Positions 49,447 through 62,581 of a stretch of 64,000 bases of DNA are shown here, piece after piece. The stretch is from the NCBI RefSeq assembly GCF_004010195.1, contig NC_057754.1, positions 55,771-119,770 on the forward strand, given 5' to 3'. Every line of letters starts with the position of its first letter. The stretch's first letter is position 1. The DNA comes from Chiloscyllium plagiosum. Taxonomy: Eukaryota. The translations under genes and the position numbers were made by a program. The notes beneath the pieces are model-generated. The model worked only from the letters and a program-made list of their open reading frames with translations, made no database searches and was not told where the DNA came from.

Positions 49447-51764
49447 TGGGAATTGCCTGCTCTTGCTCTCTGCCATGCCTCGATTGTGAGGAAGTGGCAA
49501 TCTCTTGGGTGAGTTCAGCAGAGTTGAAAGTGCATGGCTGGTGCCTGTGATGGAGTACCCCCCTGACTTTGTGTGTTGGTGGGGTGGTGCTGCTGAACCA
49601 TGAGGGGGAGGAAGCTGAGCTATTGGAGGGGAGATAGGTACCAAGAGAATTGGGAAGGAAGGTGAACTTGAACACTGGCACATTCTGTATCCTAACACAA
49701 TCAGTGTGTAATACTATTGTAATGTGTCTCGAGCTCACATTTTCTGGCTGTTTGTTTATAGTGCGTAATATCAAAATGCTTGCTGCCTTCAGAAAGTACA
49801 GGCAGTTCGATCCCTACGAAATTCCCTTTGCAGAGAACTGCGCTCTGGATTGAGCCTGCGTTTGTTTGTCAGCTTCCCCTGGCCTTGGGTAACAGTACAT
49901 CCACCCTGACTATGAAGTACATAGTCACAGAGGAGAGCAGGCTGCTGTCTCTCAGGCTGAGTTTACCCTGGAGGATCACCATAGCTCAGGGCTTCACAGT
50001 GACCTCAGCCAGAATGGTAATAAAGCCATGTTGTAGTTAACACTCTGTGTGGCACCTCATGTAAGAACACGAGAAAGAGGGGCAGGAGTAGGCCAGTTGG
50101 TCCCTCTAACCTGCTTCGACATTCAATACGATTGTCGCTAAGCTTTTTTTGGACTCAGCTCCACTTAGCTGCCTGCCCACCATAACCATTAATTCCTTTA
50201 CTCTTCAAAAATATATCTATCTTCACCTTATAAATATTCATTGAGGAAGCCTCAACTGCTTCACTGTGCAGGGAATTTCACAGATTCACAACCCTTTGGG
50301 TGAAGAAGTTCCTCCTCAACTCAGTCCTAAATCTGCTCTGCCTTATTTTGAGGCTGTGCCCCCTAGGTCTGGTTTCACCCGCCAGTGGGAGCAACCTCCC
50401 TGGTTCTATCGTCTGAACAGTGTGATGTTGCAGACAGGGAGGCAGATATTGGTTGGTGGCTTGTTCAGAGTCAGATTGTCTAGTTACAGCACGGAGAGAG
50501 CCCATTGTGTCTGGTCTGGTTATCTATTCATCAGTATCTTTTTATTTTACTGGCAGCTGTAGTATAAAATCAGCTTCACTGGGAGAGGGTGTGTACACTA
50601 ATTATAAATTGGAAATAGGTTTCTTCCAGTCTTTGGCAGTACGAAAGAGCAGTTGATTAGTTAATTAGGTAATCAGTAAAATCTATTTCTGCAGTTCAGC
50701 TAAGAGTATAAACTTTTGTGGCAGACAGTAGTATATTTAATGCTGAGTGAGATTCTTGATCAGTTGGGGAATCAAGGGTTACAGGAAAGTGTTTGAGAGG
50801 ACCATTGGATCAGCACTGTTCTTGTTGAATAGCAGAGCAGGTTTGAGGGGCCAAATAGCCAACTCCTGTTCATATTTCTTTTGGCCTTGCCTTTGAATGA
50901 ATGAATGATTGATTTGTTGTCACATGGAGATGCAGTGAAAACGTATTGCGTTGACATAAGCTGGTGCCATTTTGAGATACAAGAAGAGTAAAGGAAAATA
51001 CGTAAATAGAGTTGACCTTCATTGGCTGGGGTCTCAAACATGGCTTCTGCAGCGTCCCTGCTCTGGGTCTACTGCAGCCAGGAGTTCCTGCTGACACTGA
51101 TCCAGCAGGACGTCAGAAAGGTGAAAAAAAAACAAGTAAAAAATATGAAGAAAAAGAGAGAGAGAGAGAGAGAGAGAGACTGCAGCTGGCCTGGGGCAGT
51201 CTCAACCTGAACATGACCTGCTCCTCGTTCTCTGGGAGACACTGTGTTAGAGTAGAACAGTGTCCGGCTTATCCTGTCATTCCTGCCACTGGAGACTACC
51301 TCCTTCACCTGTCATTCTCCAGGTTTTAAAGACAATAAAACAAAACAAAATAAGAAGGTTTTTTAAAAGAAAGGAAAGGAAGTAAATGGATGTGGACGAG
51401 TCTTGGGACTGAGCCCTGCTGCCCTGCCACCATCTTGAATTTACTCAGGAAGTCTGTGTTCTAGTTCTCCCAGTCCAGAGGTGTGTTATACCACGTCTGA
51501 ACTGGTTGTTTTAAAATATCTATAAACCTAAAGCTCACGGTGCAGCTTGCAGATAAGAGTTTGGTGAACAGGGAATTCACGAAATTATTTTAATTACGTT
51601 TTTTGTTCTCCATTATTCAGTTCCTACTTCTGCAGAACGAGCAACTGTAGATTAGTATGTTTGCAACGAATAGTCTGTAACATTAAAATATGACAGGGCA
51701 ACTCAGCCAATTGGCATGTGGGCTGGTATGGATGCACCGTGTCCTTGATAAACAAGTGTCCGTC

Positions 51765-52135
51765 ACTATAGAGGTTTATAAAATCATGAGGGGCATGGAT
51801 AGGATAAATAGACAAAGTCTTCTCCCTGGGGTCGGGGAGTCCAGAAGTAGAGGGAATAGGTTTAGGGTGAGAGGGGAAAGATATAAAAGAGACCTAAGGG
51901 GCAACCTTTTCACTCAGAGGGTGGTACGTGTATGGAATGAGCTGCCCGAGGAAGTGGTGGAGGTTAGCACAATTACAACATTTAAAAGAGCATCTGGATG
52001 GGTATGTGAATAGGAAGGGTTTGGAGGGATATGGGCCGGGTGCTGGCAGGTGGGACTAGATTGGGTTGGGATATCTAGTCGGCATGGACAAGTTGAACCA
52101 AAAGGTCTGTTTCTGTGCTGTACATCTCTATGACT
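51765..52135 (+). mobile_element. CR1 3' fragment
   Basis: IEVYKIMRGMDRIN...WNELPEEVV. Confidence 0.9.
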
Positions 52136-52499
52136 GGCTGCATGAGGGCTTGAGAGCTCAGTGGAGCCTAGAGTCATTGTGATGATGGTCATGCCATCAC
52201 ACATTGGGAGTGTGCAGGCAGATAGGAAATTCATGTGCCTATGTAAAAGTCCCTTAAACACCCCTATCGTATCTGCCTCCACCACTACCCCTGGCAATGC
52301 ATTCCACACTACCATTCTGTAAAAACCCCGTCCTTAACATCTCCTTTGAAATTTCCCCTTCTTACCTCAAATGCAAACCCCCTCATTTTGAATATTTCAA
52401 TTCTGGGAAAAAGATTCTGAATGTCAACCCTATCTATCCCTCTCATAATTTTATAGACTTCTATTATCAGGTAGTCTAAAGAGAACCAGGCAGATCTTT

Positions 52500-54720
52500 C
52501 AAAAATTCCCTGGAAAAGTGTTTTGTTGTTCGGTTTTCTATTTTTGATAGTGGTGAGGGTGAGTGTTCCCTCAGGGGTATAGTAAGAGTCGAGTCAGTGG
52601 CATCATGAGTGGCTCATGAGGAGAAAGTGGAGAGGAGCAGTAGTGAAATGAGATATATTACTGCGGAACAGACAGGTGGTTCTCAACTGTTGATGTGATT
52701 CTCCGATATTGTGTTATCTCCATGGAGTCGCAGAGTGGCTGCAGAACATTCTGAGGAAGAGTGAACAGCTTGAGGTGGTTGTTCATAGCTAGGAATGGGG
52801 GATGGGCTCCTTTAAAGTAGTTTTCAAGGAGCTAGAGAGGAGATGAGAAAGCAGGACCTCAAAAGTGGTAATCTCAGGATTACTCTCAGGGTGAATTTAA
52901 CAATTGAACACATGGCTGGAGAACTGGTGTGAGAGTGGGCATCAGATTTCTGAGGCCTTGCAACTGGTTGTGGGATGGATGGGACTCTACAAGATGGACA
53001 GGTTGCATTTTAGTAGGACTGGAATTAATAGCCTCAAGAAGGTTTGCTGTTGGGGAGGATTTAAACTGGACAGGCAGGGGATTGAGAAATTGAAAGGGAG
53101 TTTGGATCAGAGGGAAACAGAACTGTGAACAGCAAGTAGAAATGCAATAAGTGAAATTAGGAACAGGTGAAATAAAGGCAAGAATCTAATAGAATATGGA
53201 TACTAATGAGAAGAATCTTAGGCATGATTAAAGGCACGCTATCTGAATGCACATAATATACCCAACATTATTGATAATTTGAGAAAAATTGAGTTTGATG
53301 TAAAGTGGCAACAAGATGACCAAGATTGGGAGCTGTATGTCCAGGGATATTGGTCTTTTAGGAATAATAGCAAAAAGGAAAAGGAGGTTGAGCTTCACGT
53401 ATTCTTAATTCTCCCTGAAAGTGGCAACAAAAGCAGACAGGGTGGTGAAGAAGGCGTATGGCATACTTGCCTTTATTGCTTGAGGAATTGAGTACAAGAG
53501 TCAGGATGCTATGTTGCAGCTTTATAAGTCTTTGGTTGGGCCACACTTAAAGTACTGCATTTGATTCTAGTTGCCACAGTACAAGAAGGATGTGGAGGCT
53601 TTGGAGAGTGTGCGGAAGAGTTTTACCAGGATGCTGTCTGGATTAGGGGTTATGAGCTTTAAGGAGAGGCTAGAAAAACTCTGGTTGTTTTCTCCAGAGT
53701 GGCAGAGGCTGAGTGAGACTTAATAGAAGTCTATAAAATTATGAGAGGGATAGATAGGGTTGACATTCAGAATCTCTTTCCCAGAATTGAAATGTTCAAA
53801 ATGAGGGGGTTTGCATTTGAAGTAGGAAGGGGAAATTTGAAAGGAGATGTTAGGGACGGGGTTTTTATAGCATGGTAGTGTGGAATGCATTGCCAGGGGT
53901 GGTGGTGGAGGCAGATACAATAGGGGTGTGTAAGGGACTTTTACATAGGCACATGCATTTGCAAGGAATGACCAAATGTTGGATCAGTTTTGATAGAAGT
54001 TAGGAAACAGGAAGAGGCAGAGAACATGAGAGGGAACAGTTTACAGCCAAACAATAGTGGTAATGTCAGGCATGGAGTAAGCCATGAAATTAATTATGCA
54101 CACAATGTTATAATAATGCGCAACTTAATTTACACATTCTAGGTGAACCAAATTAACACTAATGCTGTGTACGATGAATTACTAGAGTGTGTATCTGTTG
54201 GGTTTCTGGAATGGTCTGTTGGGCAGCCAATGAGGTTTCAGACTATTTAAGGATTAGCATTAGGTAATTAGAATTAATTAATAATATTGCTGTTAGGAAA
54301 TATCAAATTTTGCATTAGATTTGAACATTATGTAATTAATTTTGTAACTTGTGTAAATCTAAAGAAAGGAAATCATGAAGATATGAAGAACACATTGGTA
54401 ACCATAAAGGATTGGGGCAATAGATGAGCAATGCTGGTAATTTCAAGTATTCCATGGTCTCTAAGGCACAAGCACTAATGGGAAAGATGACCTAACTGTG
54501 GTTAGCAGAAGAAATTCAACATTGCATTTTATCGAAGAAAGTGTCTTATAATAATGCCAGTAACAGTGGTAAACTTGAAGATTGGGACCAATTTAGAATC
54601 CCTCAAAGAATGACCAAGCAACTCATCAAGGAAGGCTAATGAAAATTATAAATGCAAATCAATGAGTAGCATAAGGGTAAAGTATAAAAATTGTTTGAAC
54701 TATGTGAAAAGGAAAATGTT
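52500..54720 (+). mobile_element. Highly degenerate CR1 5' region (ORF1 esterase/endonuclease remnants) with a nested CR1 3' fragment (53410-53975)
   Basis: NTWLENWC...LYKMDRLHFSRTG resembles the CR1 ORF1 SGNH-esterase motif. Confidence 0.6.
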
Positions 54721-55089
54721 AGCTAGGAAGGAAATGCCATCTTTCCTTGGTCTGGCCTAAATATGATTCTAGACCCACTGCAATGTGGTTGACTCTTAAC
54801 TGCTCTCTGTGCAATTAGGAATGGGCTATAAATGCTGGCACAGCCAGCAGTGCCCACATCTTGTGAATCAATAAAGAAAACATAAAACACATTGCTAAGT
54901 GCCCGTGATAGGGAGTGAATGTTTGTGGATGTGGTGCCAATCAAGTGGCCTGCTTTGTTCTGGATGGTGTCTGGCTTATCAAGTGTTGGAGCTGCATCCA
55001 TCCAGGCAAGTGGGAAGTATTCCATCACACTCCTTTGTGCTTTATAGATGGTGGGACAGGCTTTGAGGAGTCAGGAGGGGAGTTTACTT

Positions 55090-55368
55090 TTAGATTAGAT
55101 TCCCTACAGTGTGGAAACAGGCCCTTCGGCCCAACAAGTCCACACCAACCCTCTGAAGAGTAACCCACCCAGACCCATTTCCTTCTGACTAATGCACCTA
55201 ACACTATGGGCAATTTAGCATGGCCAATTCACCTGACCTGCATATCTTTGGACTGTGGGAGGAAACTAGAGCACCAGGAGGAAACCCACGCAGACACGGG
55301 GAGAATGTGCAAACTCCACACAGACAGTTGCCCAAGGATGGAATCGAACCTGGGTCCCTGGTGCTGTG
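55090..55368 (-). mobile_element. HE1-type SINE nested in a LINE fragment (54722-55520)
   Basis: (agatt)n tail and V-domain on the reverse strand. Confidence 0.85.
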
Positions 55369-56714
55369 GATAGTGGGGCATTCAGTGATGGTAATGTTAT
55401 TTAATATTAAGGGGTGATGGTTAGATTCTCCTTTTGGAGATGGTCAGTGCCTGGCTTTGTGTGATGCGAATATTACTTATCACCTTCAGCCTGGGTATTG
55501 TCTAGGTTTTACTGCATTTGGACTGGGTCTGTATTCACTTGTTATACAGTCTGAGGCATGACTTCATTGAAACTTATATAATCAAATGGCCCGACACGGT
55601 AGATGTAGTGAGCATGTTTCCCCAGATTGAGTCCAGAACCAGGTGGCATAATCTGAGGGATGAAATGAGGAACAATGGTGAGAAAATGTTTGGTACTCGG
55701 AGAATGATGAGAGAATGTTTGGTATTCTCTAGCCCAAAAACTGTGGAAGCTCAATCACTGAGAGTACATTCAATACCGAGATTGCTAGATTTCTGGAGAT
55801 TAATGATAGTAGGTGATATAAAGTGGCGTGGGTGGTTTTATCGATGATCAGTCATGAGTGGAGCAGGCTTGTGGGCCGAATGGCCTACTAATGTTCCTAT
55901 GTTTCTTCCAGGTGTGCATTTTCTAGACTCTCCAGCACAGATCAAATAATCTGACGTGGTGTGTCCCCAGACTATGGGATGGAGAGTGGCATCAGTGTAG
56001 TGTAGTGTATGGTATTGTGTGTGTCACTGTAGATGCATCGGAATGGAGGAGACTGGGAAACTGAAGTTCTCCATCTCTCTGAAACGATGGTGATTTCTTA
56101 TGGTGAATAAGATACTGTTTGGCAAGTGGTATTGGTCACCAGAGGTAACCAGGTTGAGGAAAATCGGGAAAAAGACCTAAGGGGGGGGAGATGAGAATGT
56201 TTTATTTGAGACAGCGAGTTGTTGTGATCTGGGATGCACTGCCTGAAAGGGCAGGGGGGAGCAGATTCAACAGGAACATTCAAAAGGAGGGGAATTGGAG
56301 AGATTTGCAGCGCTGGGGCAGGGAAGTGGACGAATTGGGAAGATCTTTCACAAAGGCAGTACAGGCACAGTGGGAGGAATAACCCTCCACCTTCTGTGTG
56401 GTTCTATATGATTTGATTATTTTTGAGAACAAGACATTTTTATACATGTACAACTCTGAACCAGGCCATTTGCTCCATTGGGTTGGTACTAGTGTCTATA
56501 GACTCCTTCACTGCAGTTATCTGCTTCCAGCTGATCATCTTGTTTCCTTGTTGGAACAATTGAACTGTTTACCTCTTCCACTTGCTCTGAGAATGGATTC
56601 CATGATGTAATGACTCCCTGCCTCTCCCAGCCCTGATGGGGGCATTTGGGAACTTGCTGAGATTTTGGAAGTGAGTACTTTCCGCCTCTAATCCCACCTG
56701 CTGGTTGTTAAATC

Positions 56715-57440
56715 CCAGAAACAGTCAGAATGCTGGTGAAATTCGGCAGGTCTGGCAGCATCAAGAGAGAGAAATAGTTAACATTTTGAGTCCAGCTTTA
56801 GGGCTGAACCTATTGAAAAATAGTAGGTTTGTGCTACTATCAGAGGGGTGGAGGAGGATTGAGGGGAACAGATAGAGAGGTGCCCAGAGAGAAAAGATAA
56901 AAGGGATTGTTAACTGTAATAGAGGAGTGCCATAGATGAAGAGTAGGTGTTAATAGCAGAAAATAGGTCAGCCCAACTGAGAGCAAACAAGAGACTGGGT
57001 TGGGGAGTGTGGAGTCAGAATGAAGGACAGTGATCATGTTGAACTCCGTGTTGAGTCCTGAAGGCTGTAAAGTGTCAAAATGAAAAATGAAGTGGTGTTT
57101 GCTCAGCTTGCATTCAGCCTCACTGAAACATAACAGCAAGCCCCAGGGTGGAAACATTTCCATGCAGGAGATGGTGTGCATAAATAACAAGCTACTGGAA
57201 GATTTAGGTCATTTCTAAGCACACGGAGGTGTGCTGCAAAGCAGTCACCCAGTCTGAGTTTGGCTTACCCAGTGTATAGGAGTCTGCTTTGTGAGTAATG
57301 AATACAGCTGACCAGATTGAAAGAAGTACAACTGAAATGCTGCCTCAGCTGGAAGATGTGTTTGGGGCCTTGGACGGTGAGGGGGTGTAAGTGAACGATC
57401 AAGTGTAACACCTTCTGTTATTGGATGGGAAGGTGCCTTT
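56715..57440 (-). mobile_element. Degenerate Penelope-like fragment
   Basis: KLSKHHFIFHFDTLQPSGLNTEF resembles the PLE GIY-YIG C-terminus. Confidence 0.65.
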
Positions 57441-57865
57441 CAATAAGTTCTGAATCCAATTAGCCTCAGAACTTATTGAGAGGCAGTAATCCCTGTGACT
57501 TTGAAAGGTATCTTGCTGAACTTGAGTGGAATAATACACTTTGGAGCATTACTGTCATCTGACCCATCCTCTGGCTCACCACGAGCAATGCCATGGAAGA
57601 TCAATGAGCCTAGGGAAATCAGGACATTGATGGTGAGAGTAGATGTTTCTAATGATTCAAAAGCAGAGGATAGGAGATGTTACAAGCTGTGCGGACAGTG
57701 TTAATGGCTATCTCTGAGCTTGTCTGTACTGGTTGGGGGGGGGGGGGTGATAATGAGGAGTCTGAGTATCTCAGTTGGGAAATGGGCAGAGGCAGGAGAC
57801 CCATTCTGTCACTGTGTTACAGATTCCCTCGGGGTCTAATTATCTGCTATTTTTATATTTTTCAG

Positions 57866-57910
57866 ATAATTTGCTTTCTTCTTCCTCTCAGCATATCTCT
57901 GTAACTGAAG
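57866..57910 (+). CDS. RTN3: RTN3 small exon 2, (D)NLLSSSSQHISVTE, with GC-AG donor
   Basis: Acceptor tttttatatttttcag; donor AAG|GCAAGT. 45 nt, phase 1-1. Resembles the mammalian RTN3 exon-2 peptide DSFVSSSSSQPVS as recalled. Confidence 0.75.
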
Positions 57911-59860
57911 GCAAGTTTAACCCTCTCTACCTTTACTCTCATTTCCCTATAACAGTGTTTATAGGTTTGTAAATTATAAAAATAGAATCTTCAATGTCAG
58001 TTTAGCCAGCTTATCACTGAGCCCAGGGCCTAGATTACCATCTGGAGTCAATCGTGAGGTATCTGCCCACTTTTGCCCCACCCTCTCTCCAACCTGTTTC
58101 CAGTTGAGGAGGGGGTGGTTAACCCTTGGATTGTGACTCTTGGGGGAGGTGGAGAGATTGACCGTGGAGATCTGGCCTGGAGTTAAGGCCCAGCCATTGA
58201 ATGCCCTGGGCGAACATGGAGGGATTGACCCCAACGGGTAATGCTGGCCTTTCTTTGGCCTTCCGCATGGGTAACAGCAGCGTGTCTCCTCATTCTGCTT
58301 CGTGACAATCCATTTTAGGATCATTTTATTTAATCTTTCTGTTAAAAATGGCCACATTTTCTCTTGAACACTGGATTATTAATTAACCAGGTACCAGCAC
58401 ATCAAACCCAAAAGAGCGAGGTGAGTGGAAAGGCAAATGGGCATGAACACAAGCTGATCATTATCAGTCTATGTTGGTAGACTGCAGCAGTTCAAGAAGG
58501 CAGCTCACAACCACCTTCTCAAGAGACATCTAGGGACGGGCAATAAAACTGACCCAGCCAGTGATACCCACATCCCACAAATAAATTTTTTAAAAGTTTC
58601 TAAATGCAATCTTTTAATCATACTTTAATGAATCTGCAAATTTATATTGAGACTGTGGCAGTGATTGGGAGTCGGTCCTGAATTGTTATGGTGCAGTGAG
58701 ACCATTCAGCCCCTCATGTCTGCATCAGCTATCTCAGTATTTTAATTTGATGCCAGTCTCCTCTGTTTTCCTGGTAACCCTGCACATTGCTTCTGTTTAA
58801 ATAATTGTCTAGCACCCTCTTGAATGGCTTGTCTGAACCAGCTATACTTCCAGGCCCTGACCCAACCACTGTGTCTGAGAAAACGTTCTCTCTTTTCAAT
58901 TTGCTGCTTTTGCAAATCACTTCCAACCTTATTGTGAAGTGATCAGGATTCAGAAGACAAGGGGGAGCAGTTTATCTCTCTATAGTTTCTGACCAAATTC
59001 CTTGTTGTTTTTTGAAAACTTCATCTAGTCTCCTCTTAGTTTTTCTTGCAGAGGAGAAGACAGTCTCCGTTTATCTCCAATCCATCCTCATCATTGAAGT
59101 GTCTCATCCCTGAAACCATTCTCCAATCTTTTCTGCTGTCTCTCCAGTGTATTTAGATTCTTCCTATAATGTGGTCCACAGAACCATAAATTCTATCTGA
59201 ATTCTAACCAGTGTCCTATATAAGTTCACTATAACCTCCCTCAGATCAAATTAAACACTGATCGCGAACCTACGCATGAAAATAATTGTCATTGAGTTTG
59301 AGGAGTCAGTTCCTAGACTCCGAATTGCTTGGCTTTATTTTTTTTTGTCTATTGCGATAATTAATAGGGCCCTTTCGAGGGGAATTGTCTTTATCCTGGT
59401 GTCTCAATGTAATGTTCTAGCATCTCTGGTTGAGGTGTGGGATTGTGGGAGGGAGTGGGGTTCAGAAGGTGAAGTTAAATGTATTTATTCAGTAGTGACA
59501 ATGCTCTTTCTAAAGGCAGAAGATTATCCAATAAGACCTATCCTTTTCTCTTTGAGTTGTAGTCTTTATGCCTATTACTGGCTGCAGATGTTGTCATATG
59601 TTTATGTTGAGTTTTCTGTTCCCTCTTTGTTTGCCATTTTTCTTCCTAACCACTCCATCTCGTAAGGAGGGGGTTGGTGAGGAGTGCATTTTGCTTGGTG
59701 CTGCATTGCTGTTGCTGATTATTTGTGAGGCAAGTCTCCTTCCATGCATGGCTGCTGAGATCGTTTCTGTTACCCTTGCATCCACATAGCATTGCATGCT
59801 GTGAGACTGGTTTGTCTGGTTTTTATGGTTTTCTGAATTTCTCTTGCTGTCTGCTCACAG

Positions 59861-62581
59861 AGAGATTGCAACTCCAAACGCTCCTCTCTGGTCACAGTCT
59901 GTCTGCACAACAGCCGAGCTGTGTGAGCGTTTCTGAGTCGATGGGGTCTTTCCAACCTTCTGCCCTTGGCTCTGTTGTGACATCTGACATGCTGTCAGGT
60001 CAAGGTGGATCTTCTGCCTTGATCCCTTCGTTGAAGAAGACTGCTCTGTCAGATACTGAGAAGGAATGTTTTGGATCTGCAGTCACTCAGGGAATGAGCA
60101 ACCTCTATGGGAATGATTCTGTAAATGACACAACCTTCAGGGGCTCTCAGCCTGGAGGAAGTGTCTTCAATAACTACAGTTGGATGAGCCAACCCGAGCT
60201 GGTGTTTGGGAAGCAGGAGTCTCAACGTGTATCGGAAGCAGTGGAGATTTGTCAAATTGAAAGAGTTCACCATGGGACTGGGGCAGTGCATGCTCCAGAG
60301 GAGCCAGCAAAAAGTGATCCTTCTTCAATTGATTCTTCACAAGAAGAAGATTCATTGGAAAGAATTAGTCCTGACTCTCCTTTCGAGGTCCTTGCTGAAA
60401 TGCAAGAGAAGGGACCTTGTGCTGAAGAGACACCAAAGTCATCGTTCATTGTGGATGAGCGCAGAGTGAATCTGAACCTGCCTCAGAAGCCTCTCCCAAT
60501 CACAGGAGGGATTAAGACTGATCCATTGAGTGAAGCAGTGTCCAAAAACAAAGCCGAAACAGTTGCTGCCATTGGACCAAAGTCTGATTTGAAGACAGGA
60601 GACCTTCCACAGGCTTTGCACTGCCCTCGAGTGGGTGACCAGCAGGAGATTCCTGATGGACAAAGCAACATTGCAGAAGGTGTCTTCAGGCCAAATGCCA
60701 CCACAGGAGGTGGGATGTCCACAGACATAGCTTCCAAAAGCTTTCACCCTTCTGTATGTGGATCAATGAGTAGACCACAGGATTTGATTTCTGGAGACCC
60801 AGTGTCTCGGCCGTTTGATAAAAGAAAGGTAGTCTGCGGTCTTGAAATGGACCTGGATCTTTCTGAGAGGATATTTCAGCCAGCACGTGGCCCTGGAACT
60901 GATGGACTCTCTCCTTATTCGTTGATCAAGATTACCCCAGATGAGGCTGTGAACCCTTCAGTGCAAATACCTACATCCACCAGTGCAGGCATCAAGATTC
61001 TGCCTGATGTTGGACATAGGTGTCCGATTGACCCTGTAAGTAGGAGCAGTGAGCCCTTAGCAGAGGTACCATCCAGAGACCCAATGAATGAGCCACAGCC
61101 TTTGAAGAAAGAAGCAAAGGAGATTTTCCCCAGTAAAGAAACTTGCCAACTCCCTGAAGATCCAACTTTAAGCTGGGGCAGCTCGCAATGTCCAACACTT
61201 GAAGGAACCACTGCCCTTGACCATGTTCTGTCTGCGAGATTGGAGACTGCAGAGGCAGATAGTTCCGGAGAATCGGATGACACTGTTATTGAAGATGTCA
61301 AATCCGGTCCAGTGGGGACCCTACTGTATAGGAAGGAGAAATCGGGTGATATAGGCACCACTGAGAAACTGGTTTGTGCTCCAGTATTAAATGTTAGGGA
61401 AAGCAGAGAGCAGGTGCTGAGTGACAGACAGAGAGAGTCTGTGAATCTTCAATCCACAGGCCCTGGAGGAGATAGAACACAGTCTGCAGAAACCAAAGAC
61501 CATCCAGCAGAAAGTCCAATACTGCCTGGAGCTTCACCTGGGCTTGGTCACAGTGGAGACATTGTGCTGGAGCAAATACCAATAACTTCACAAGAAGTGG
61601 TACCTTCAGATACTGGTGTTTCGCCTTTCCCATCTGCAGCTGCCAGTCACCAATTAGATATGCATATGTCTACAGAGGAAGGAACTAGCAAATGTGAGCC
61701 AAGATCCAGTTCTCCGATCTTGTCAACCTTATCTCATGTGGACCAATCACACTGGCACCCACCTGGCCTGTCTCCAACTGATCCTGCCACCACTCAGCTG
61801 TCAGCAGACTCTCCTGTCTCCGTTGACGGTGCTGATACTGAAGAGCTTTCTATGGTGGAAGGACCTTCTCCTTTACAAGAGATGATCTGGAGATCAGCAA
61901 TATCGCAAAGGGGCCACGTTCTCGGAGGAATGCAGCCTGCCCCAGTGGCAACAGCTCCACCCCAATCAATCATTGTCAAATCCACACCCATAGTCATTGA
62001 AACCCCTTCACTCATTGTCAAATCAACCTCTGGACCAGGAGGGGCCCTGGAGGGAGCGACCGAGGGAACAGAGAGGACCCTGGAGGGAGCGACCGAGGGA
62101 CCAGCAAAGGCGCCAGAGGGAGTTGCCACAGGAGCAGTGAGGGCCCAGGAGGGAGCAGGTGAGGGAGCAGCCAAGGCTTCAGATTCCATGTCACCATCTT
62201 CAGTGGAATTGACTGGAGTCCAACAACCAGCCATGAGGCAGGAAGTCACCAAACCCAGCCCTTCAGGAAGGAGGGACACACAGAATGATCTAAGAGCCAA
62301 AGATGGACAGAGCTTATTAGGGTCTGGTGACAGAGCCCAGCCCCAGTTAACCACAACTCCCCAGGCACTGAGCAAACTAACCCCCCAGCAAAACCCTGCC
62401 ATCAAGAAAACGGGAATAGTCAAAGGCACAGCCCTTTGTCTGGCCCAGCCCCTCGTGGACATGGCCCCTCCCAGTGATTCCAAAGTGAGACCAGAGCTGA
62501 AACCACAAACTGTCTTGGAGCCTGTGCAGATGGAAAGGCCTGTTGGTGGGGCAGCTTCTGATAGGCTGAGTAAAATGGCAG
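59861..62581 (+). CDS. RTN3: RTN3 large (RTN3L-specific) exon, 2721 nt, intrinsically disordered region
   Basis: Lies within the 963-aa ORF. Acceptor ctgctcacag (59860), donor GCAG|GTAAAA, phase 1-1. Contains RTN3-diagnostic motifs SPDSPFEVL (60367-60393) and DSSGESDDTVIED (61258-61296). Confidence 0.88.

Noticed and set aside
14758..62581. Naming the pair PPM1N-RTN2 from human adjacency
   Set aside because: The reticulon motifs match RTN3, and the phosphatase has a PPM1A/B-type MGAFLD N-terminus.
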